Below are positions 26,958 to 32,000 of a stretch of DNA of 32,000 nucleotides, piece by piece. The translations under genes and the position numbers were made by a program. The stretch's first letter is position 1; each line of letters begins with the position of its first letter. Source of the stretch: Candidatus Saccharimonadota bacterium (GTDB lineage Bacteria; Patescibacteriota; Saccharimonadia; Saccharimonadales; Saccharimonadaceae); assembly GCA_001897305.1 (NCBI GenBank), contig MKSO01000001.1:540001-572000 (forward strand). The letters are read 5' to 3'. The notes under the pieces were generated by a model, which was not told the DNA's origin, searched no databases, and saw nothing but the letters and a program-made list of their open reading frames with translations.

Positions 26958-27137
26958 ATGAATACCGACAAGAAAACGACACTGGCTGAGGCTATCACCG
27001 ACCGGCTCTGCTGGGCGATGGATATCCAGTTGCTCGAAACGCGGCACGGCGGTTTTGGTGAAGATGCCGAAACGTACACCAATGAAGCCCAGACGATATA
27101 CGACATCTTACTGGATGAGCTAGGAGAGGTATTATGA
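26958..27137 (+). CDS. Hypothetical small acidic protein (59 aa, below track cutoff)
   Basis: ATG at 26958 is preceded by AAAGGAG with a 6-nt spacer. Its stop overlaps the next ATG (ATGA at 27134-27137). Confidence 0.5.
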   Translation: MNTDKKTTLAEAITDRLCWAMDIQLLETRHGGFGEDAETYTNEAQTIYDILLDELGEVL

Positions 27138-27343
27138 GTATAGAAGAAAAGATCGAGGCAATGCGGACGATCTGGGCAAACTTCGCAAAGAAAAACGGCT
27201 GGTACTACGAGCCGTTTTTTGTTCAAGTCTGGTTTGACCCGGACGGTGAGGTGGTAGATAGTGTGTCGTTTCGAGGTATGAAAGAAGACATCATCATTGA
27301 GGACTACGTTGAGGATGAGGAGGATTTTGACTTCTTAGACTAA
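27134..27343 (+). CDS. Hypothetical small protein with a strongly acidic C-terminus (69 aa)
   Basis: RBS AGGAGAGG. It is translationally coupled to the preceding ORF. The C-terminus reads EDYVEDEEDFDFLD. Confidence 0.6.
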   Translation: MSIEEKIEAMRTIWANFAKKNGWYYEPFFVQVWFDPDGEVVDSVSFRGMKEDIIIEDYVEDEEDFDFLD

Positions 27344-27391
27344 CTCCCCCGCCCTGAGCATGGCATAAAAAGGCTCGCGTATAATGAGAGT

Positions 27392-27553
27392 ATGGACAGG
27401 AAGAAACGCAACATCATCGCGACGGTTATTATCCTCAGCAGTGTTCTCGTGCTTGCGGCCGGTGCGGTTGGCGTATTCTTTCTGTGGTCTCACGGCTGTG
27501 ACGGAGAGTTGATCTTCGGCTGGAAAGCCTACTACGTGACTGGCTGTCGTTAG
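27392..27553 (+). CDS. Possible 53-aa single-TM peptide
   Basis: MDRKKRNIIATVIILSSVLVLAAGAVGVFFLW... has a basic N-terminus followed by one TM helix. A perfect TATAAT (27380-27385) ends 6 nt before the ATG, which allows a leaderless transcript. Support is weak. Confidence 0.3.
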   Translation: MDRKKRNIIATVIILSSVLVLAAGAVGVFFLWSHGCDGELIFGWKAYYVTGCR

Positions 27554-28368
27554 TCTATTTCTTGAAGGCTCAGGAGGTCATCTGGTTCATCCAGCGTCGT
27601 CCAGATCTTGGCTTCATCGTCCATGTTTTCCAATGCTTTTTGCGTGGTGGTGTAGATTTCCGACTCCTCGTCCGGCTCCATCTTGTTGATGACCCCGCTC
27701 GTGATCCGGCGGATGAGGCGTTCAGTTCTTACGCTTTCGGCCACGAACAGTAGCGTCGGGAGTTCTGCGCCCGTTTCATCCCAGCCGCCTTTATCGAAGA
27801 AGTCGATATAGGCGGACACTCTCCGAAATACCCCCTGCCGATCCAAACTGTCCGGAATGACATCGAGGAAGAACCGCTTGGTGTTGCCGCCAAAAGAGAG
27901 TGAGAGAAATACGTCCGGCGGATTGTCCGGAAAGTATGAGAATTGCGACATATCACGGCGGAGGTAGGCCTTTAATTCTTGGTAGTGACGCTTCAGGCGT
28001 AAGACCACCGAGAAGACCTGTAAGCAGTGGATGACGGTGGAGTTTAAGAGGGATTTGTCGCGGTAGCTGGACTTTATCACTTTCTCGGTGATGTAGCTAT
28101 GATTGTCCAACCCCGCTAGAAAGCGGAGTCCTTTGGGAGTCAGGAAATAGGCGGCAGGTTGCCCCAAGAGCTTCTGGCGATTATCCTGCCGTTTATCAAT
28201 CAAGCCCTGTTTAATTAACACTTCCAATTTTTCAAATAGTCCAGAACCAGCTTTAACACTAAGCACCTCTGCTATTAATTGACGACTACCAAACCTATAT
28301 TTATAGATTACTTCTAAGATGTCTATCTGACCTTGTTTTACCCTAGACCGACCGTCTGGTTTACTCAT
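27550..28368 (-). CDS. Replication-relaxation-family-like wHTH protein (possible relaxase surrogate)
   Basis: 272 aa. The N-terminal QIDILEVIYKYRFGSRQLIAEVL....LEVLIKQGLIDKR......GQPAAYFLTPKGLRFL fits the wHTH pattern of the Replic_Relax family. The function call is from memory of that family only. Confidence 0.55.
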   Translation of the reverse strand: MSKPDGRSRVKQGQIDILEVIYKYRFGSRQLIAEVLSVKAGSGLFEKLEVLIKQGLIDKRQDNRQKLLGQPAAYFLTPKGLRFLAGLDNHSYITEKVIKSSYRDKSLLNSTVIHCLQVFSVVLRLKRHYQELKAYLRRDMSQFSYFPDNPPDVFLSLSFGGNTKRFFLDVIPDSLDRQGVFRRVSAYIDFFDKGGWDETGAELPTLLFVAESVRTERLIRRITSGVINKMEPDEESEIYTTTQKALENMDDEAKIWTTLDEPDDLLSLQEID

Positions 28369-28576
28369 ACTTCTACTCGTTTCATTTCTATATATTTATA
28401 TATAAGAAAGAGAGAAAAAGAGCAATAGATAACAGAGGTAAAATAGATGATATAGGGTGAATAACGAAATTCGGTGTATTTTATAGGTTAATTGTATTGC
28501 TTTTTATTTTAATTAGCCATACAATTATATATAGAGATTGCACGTTGACAATTCGGCTAGATAAGGAGGAAAACCG

Positions 28577-28753
28577 ATGATAGAACGGGAAATTCTTGAA
28601 AGTCTGGCGATTGATGCGGTGTGTGCTTGCCTCTACTACGATTTGCAGGACACGCTAGAAGAAACGCCGGACAAAGAACTGCTGGCCATTATTAACCGTA
28701 CGGAGCCTTGCGAGGTGTGCGGACAAATAGCGGCGGTGGGAGTTTTGTTGTAG
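28577..28753 (+). CDS. Hypothetical 58-aa Cys-containing protein (below track cutoff)
   Basis: ATG at 28577 has an excellent RBS (TAAGGAGGA with a 6-nt spacer). It contains CAC...CEVC pairs. Confidence 0.5.
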   Translation: MIEREILESLAIDAVCACLYYDLQDTLEETPDKELLAIINRTEPCEVCGQIAAVGVLL

Positions 28754-28763
28754 AATATGAATA

Positions 28764-28973
28764 ATGAATACAAAGTTGGTCGGTATGCAAATCAAGACTT
28801 CTAAGGAAGTCCGAGCTTATGCCAAAATCGCGGCAAAGAAGCTCGGCTTCTCGTCAGTTAGTGAAATGATACTTACCCAGCTTGCGAAAGCTAACGATTC
28901 GAAACTAAAAACCTTGATTGAAAAAGACCTCAAAGAGCGTTCAAAACCCGGACGACCTTGGGATAAAGACTAG
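28764..28973 (+). CDS. Hypothetical small basic protein (69 aa)
   Basis: ATG start with no obvious RBS. It is Lys-rich and could be a small DNA-binding protein. The call is weak. Confidence 0.45.
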   Translation: MNTKLVGMQIKTSKEVRAYAKIAAKKLGFSSVSEMILTQLAKANDSKLKTLIEKDLKERSKPGRPWDKD

Positions 28974-29010
28974 CCGAGTTGCCAGCGTGACAATCTCCAA
29001 ATGGAGGGTA

Positions 29011-29190
29011 TATGTCACGACCAAAAGGCAGTAAGAATGTTAATCCACCAGCCGTACCAGACACGGTGAATTTCACGACCGAAGAACGCCTGACTTTTAT
29101 TGCTACCCTCATCGTCGAACGCATTATTGAAGATATAAAAAACGAACAACCACTCTTAAAAAAGATAGGACAAGGTGATGCAACCAACTA
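29011..29190 (+). CDS. Hypothetical 59-aa protein immediately upstream of the recombinase
   Basis: ATG at 29011 is preceded by GGAGGG. The N-terminus is basic (SRPKGSKN). Its 3' end overlaps the recombinase start. Confidence 0.5.
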
Positions 29191-30908
29191 ACGGACAGAC
29201 GCTCCGTACACTACTCGCCGTCCGTGTTTCAACGGTCGGACAAGGTATTGATGGCGACTCGCCGGAAGCTCAGATCGAGCAAGGCGAACGCTACGCGCCG
29301 CTTCACAATATGCGGATCGTGATGACACTCCAATATCTTGAGTCTGCATCCAAAGAACAGCAACCGATGCAGGAGGTTATTAACTACTGCAAGCGTCATA
29401 AGGGCGAGATCGATGTCGTCCTTATTAAATCAATTGACCGCTTCACCCGTGCCGGTTCGACCGTCTACGACCAGCTCAAAGCCCAGCTTGAACCGCTCGG
29501 CGTGACGCTTGTCGATATGTACGGTATTATTAGCACTCAAAAAGTGAACACGCTTGAACACCTCGGCCAAGAATATAAATGGAGTGTCTACTCCCCTACT
29601 CGTAAAACAGAGCTTCTAGAGGCAGAACGTGCCAAAGATGAGGTGCGTGATATCTTGAGCCGTATGATCGGCTCAGAAATCCGTTATACGCAACTCGGCT
29701 ATTGGTCGCGTGGCGCTCGGTTCGGCTATAAGACCGAGAAGATAGAAACCGTCAACGGTAAACGAGCAATTCTTGTACCAGACGGGGATAAGGCCGACAT
29801 TATCCGTATGATGTTTGAAGAACGTGCGGCGGCCGTCTTAAATGACCACGAGATTGCCGAAAAGATGAATGATATGGGATTTGAAACCCCTATTAAAATC
29901 GTACGTGACAAACGGGATAGAACTCGGATCGTCAGCAGGACTGGCGGGAAGAAGATAACCGCCAAGCTACTACGAACATATGTCAAACAAACAATCTATG
30001 CCGGTGTAAATACTGAGAAATGGACAGGCGGCGTGCCAGTGAAGTGTAAGTTCGATGGCCTCGTTTCGATGGAATTATTCAACAAAGCCAATCGAGGCAA
30101 AGTAACGCTCCGTAACAATCCTGACGATATGGATCACCCAATCGTTGAATACGCTAAGAAAGATGAGCGGTTTGTTAAGAAGAATCACCAGAACCCCGAC
30201 TACCCATACAAAAAAGTAGTCACCTGTCCACATTGTCGCAGACCGCTTCTTGGAAGTGCCTCACGGGGCAGACTAGGTAAATACTACGCGGCTTATCACT
30301 GTAGCAATCACGGGCACCACTTCCGCGTACGCAAGGATGAGTTTGAGGGTACAATCGATACGTTCATAAAAACGGTCACAATGCGTCCTGAGCGCGTTGA
30401 GGAGCTGATGCAAGCCGTTATGACCGTCTATGAGCAACGGCAAGGTCAGAAAGTGAAAGCCGAGGAACTAGTTGATAAACGACGCTCCGAGCTTGAAGCG
30501 GAAATCAAAGTCATCGTAGACAAGATGAAGCTGATCAGCTCGGAAACCGCCATTAAATACCTAGAGGAGGACTTATTAAAGCTAGAACGAGAGATTAGCA
30601 ATCTAGACAACCAGAAACAGCAAGAAGCAGCCAAAGATACGGTCGATGTTCCAACGATGTTGACATACGTCAAATACTTTATGGAACACATCAAAGAGCT
30701 ACTCGTTGACCACTGTAATCCAATCAAAAAAGCGCAGTATTTCGGCGTATTATTCGATGAGGTTGCAACTTACGAGGAAATAAAAGCTGGCACCGCTGAA
30801 ATAGAAAAAATCCCAGGGGTGAACGAGCTATTTAAGCTTGCAAACTCCAAGGAAGTTTCATTGGTGCGGATAAGAGGACTTGAACCTCCACGCCCTTGCG
30901 GGCACTAG
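29178..30908 (+). CDS. Large serine recombinase (integrase of the element)
   Basis: Resolvase-type N-terminus LLAVRVSTVGQ (putative Ser nucleophile) and VLIKSIDRFTRAG. It has a recombinase domain, a Cys-rich zinc ribbon (CPHCRRPLLGS...YYAAYHCSNHGH) and a long coiled coil. The track start at 29175 is GTG; the ATG is at 29178. Confidence 0.9.
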   Translation: MQPTNGQTLRTLLAVRVSTVGQGIDGDSPEAQIEQGERYAPLHNMRIVMTLQYLESASKEQQPMQEVINYCKRHKGEIDVVLIKSIDRFTRAGSTVYDQLKAQLEPLGVTLVDMYGIISTQKVNTLEHLGQEYKWSVYSPTRKTELLEAERAKDEVRDILSRMIGSEIRYTQLGYWSRGARFGYKTEKIETVNGKRAILVPDGDKADIIRMMFEERAAAVLNDHEIAEKMNDMGFETPIKIVRDKRDRTRIVSRTGGKKITAKLLRTYVKQTIYAGVNTEKWTGGVPVKCKFDGLVSMELFNKANRGKVTLRNNPDDMDHPIVEYAKKDERFVKKNHQNPDYPYKKVVTCPHCRRPLLGSASRGRLGKYYAAYHCSNHGHHFRVRKDEFEGTIDTFIKTVTMRPERVEELMQAVMTVYEQRQGQKVKAEELVDKRRSELEAEIKVIVDKMKLISSETAIKYLEEDLLKLEREISNLDNQKQQEAAKDTVDVPTMLTYVKYFMEHIKELLVDHCNPIKKAQYFGVLFDEVATYEEIKAGTAEIEKIPGVNELFKLANSKEVSLVRIRGLEPPRPCGH

Positions 30909-30948
30909 CACCTGAAGCTAGCGCGTCTACCAATTCCGCCACATCCGC
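30862..30948 (-). tRNA. tRNA-Leu (anticodon CAG), class II with long variable arm, CCA encoded
   Basis: Hand-folded cloverleaf. Acceptor GCGGATG/TATCCGC; anticodon stem CTAGC/GCTAG with loop TTCAGGT; variable arm GCCC-GCAA-GGGC; T-loop GGTTCAAGTCC; 3' ACCA. Confidence 0.9.
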
Positions 30949-30952
30949 ATAT

Positions 30953-31029
30953 ATTGCACTACGCGCGGCGCGTCTACACATAACTCACGCCCACGCAGCC
31001 GCCTATTACACTACGCGTGGCGCGTCTAC
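30953..31029. repeat. Two 25-bp direct repeats (30953-30977 and 31005-31029, 23/25 identical), each containing a copy of the tRNA D-arm segment gcgcgtctac
   Basis: attGcactacgcgCggcgcgtctac versus attAcactacgcgTggcgcgtctac. The 10-mer gcgcgtctac also occurs inside the tRNA at 30921-30930. Confidence 0.85.
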
Positions 31030-31042
31030 GATTGTTACGTAA

Positions 31043-31059
31043 TCCGCCACATCCGCATA
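31043..31059 (-). pseudogene. Duplicated 5' fragment of tRNA-Leu (acceptor and D-stem start)
   Basis: The 17-mer tccgccacatccgcata is identical to 30935-30951, which covers the genuine tRNA 5' end. Confidence 0.7.
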
Positions 31060-31077
31060 CTTAATAATGCTGGGTTA

Positions 31078-32000
31078 TTATAGCACACTTGCACTGTCGT
31101 AGTCGTGGCGTAGTGCGGCTACGAGCGTGCGAAGTTCAGCTTTTTGCTTTACGCCCGGGTTGAGTGTGTTAAATGGGTCAAAGATTTGACGAATTTGCTC
31201 ATATAAGGCGGCGCGAGGCTCATCTAATAAGCTCCACGCAGCTGTAGATTTTAAACGCCCCTCAGCACCATCAGAGGTAAATGCACCCGAGCAGCGATCA
31301 ACTACTACAGCAAAGTCAGCCATGAGCTTAAATAATTTTTGCTTATCACTTACCGTTTCTAGCTTAAGAAGTGGGTAGACCGCATAGGTATTGTTCAATA
31401 CATTCAATTCTGTTGGTAATTCGATGTGATGCTTCGCACTTAATTCACCAAGCGCAATTTCGAATTCTTCACGGCGATTAATAGGAACCGAAGCGCCGTC
31501 AATAACTGGCAAGGCAAGTTGCTCATCATTAGAACCAAGCAGTAAGGTTTTATTAATACCAGTGATGACTCGGAAATCCTCAGGGTCGCGCTCGGTTGAA
31601 TCTACTATACCCATGTCAATTTTTTGCAAAAGCTTGCGCAGCTTCTTAAGCTTATGTTGTTGGGCACGGTCATTAATATCGCCAAAACGAATATAGACAA
31701 CTGCACCTACTTCATCGATAGAACCTAGAACAGCGAATTGCGAACCTTGTTTAGCAGCTCGCCTAAAAAGCGCGCCATCATATACTGTTAGCTCGGACGG
31801 TTCAAGCTCAATAAGACGCTCGGTAAGATCACGGGCGGTTTGAATACTATCAGCCGTTACGACAGCAAACGTATCGCTCGATGAGTAGAAATCCGTTTTT
31901 AATACTGCTTCCGAAATGATACCGAGAGTTCCTTGGCTACCTATAAATAAAGGTGTCAAGTCAAACGAGCCATCACTATTACGAATGTCGGCAATACGCT
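31078..32000 (-). CDS. FAD-linked oxidase (GlcD / D-lactate dehydrogenase family), C-terminal part; continues past the window end
   Basis: The track start at 31959 is TTG, and the frame stays open to position 32000 (..RIADIRNSDGSFDLTPLFIGSQGTLGIISEA..). The GS.GTLG.I.E block is typical of the junction of the FAD-binding and C-terminal domains. Confidence 0.75.
   Translation of the reverse strand, partial: RIADIRNSDGSFDLTPLFIGSQGTLGIISEAVLKTDFYSSSDTFAVVTADSIQTARDLTERLIELEPSELTVYDGALFRRAAKQGSQFAVLGSIDEVGAVVYIRFGDINDRAQQHKLKKLRKLLQKIDMGIVDSTERDPEDFRVITGINKTLLLGSNDEQLALPVIDGASVPINRREEFEIALGELSAKHHIELPTELNVLNNTYAVYPLLKLETVSDKQKLFKLMADFAVVVDRCSGAFTSDGAEGRLKSTAAWSLLDEPRAALYEQIRQIFDPFNTLNPGVKQKAELRTLVAALRHDYDSASVL

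Larger units (their letters stand above)
10572..30908. mobile_element. Putative integrative conjugative element (~20 kb) at tRNA-Leu; left boundary unresolved
   Basis: The region contains a T4SS operon, a coupling ATPase, a PLD/Nuc-like nuclease, a replication-relaxation-like gene and accessory cargo (DGR, unknown cassette). A large serine recombinase abuts the 3' end of the tRNA. By eye, GC looks somewhat higher than in the clpP-tig-hisS block (not computed). Confidence 0.6.

Noticed and set aside
1-32000. Search for CRISPR arrays, rRNA genes, IS elements with terminal inverted repeats, or a second VR matching the TR
   Set aside because: I saw no regularly spaced direct repeats, no rRNA-like sequence and no transposase. 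I found no further copy of the TR core (ggaaaccgatg / ggctccaatgcc) outside the two repeats. This was a visual scan only, so a divergent remote VR cannot be excluded.

Overview
The window uses the standard genetic code (TGA acts as a stop). All domain calls below come from motif recognition by eye; no searches were run.

**Core block (1 to ~9.8 kb).** This is a minus-strand housekeeping block: the 5' part of rpoC (open at the window edge, so missing from the ORF track), rpoB, clpP, tig, hisS, one hypothetical gene and a SpoU/TrmH-type methyltransferase.

**Integrative conjugative element (~10.5 kb to 30.9 kb).** I read this region as a ~20 kb ICE.
- Its right end is a large serine recombinase whose last ~15 codons run into a tRNA-Leu(CAG) gene (30862-30948, minus strand). 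Its left end is unresolved.
- It carries a compact Gram-positive/CPR-style type IV secretion operon. The parts are a VirB2-like pilin, a VirB6-like protein with a fused pilin module, a PrgI/VirB3-like protein, a VirB4 split into two ORFs, a CHAP hydrolase and a coupling ATPase with no TM anchor.
- It also carries a single-HKD PLD/Nuc-like nuclease, an HxlR regulator, a replication-relaxation-like protein, a DUF3768-like protein and several small ORFs below the track cutoff.

**Two cargo modules stand out.**
1. A complete diversity-generating retroelement (DGR).
   - It has a 125-nt TR (20615-20739) and VR (22392-22516) with adenine-specific mismatches, an RT with IGNLTSQ and YMDD motifs, and an Avd-like gene.
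   - The diversified target is a type IV prepilin-like protein with an FGE/C-type-lectin-like C-terminus.
   - The TR is antisense to the RT.
   - An (AG)12 microsatellite sits just upstream of the target gene.
2. An uncharacterised two-gene cassette (511 aa plus ~390 aa).
   - Both proteins carry HEPN-like R-x3/4-H motifs and neither has an NTPase motif.
   - It is my best candidate for an undescribed defence or abortive-infection module.

**Right flank and taxonomy.** A partial FAD-linked oxidase gene follows the tRNA. I saw no rRNA genes and no CRISPR array. The gene repertoire suggests a small-genome Patescibacteria (Saccharibacteria-like) host, but that is inference only.
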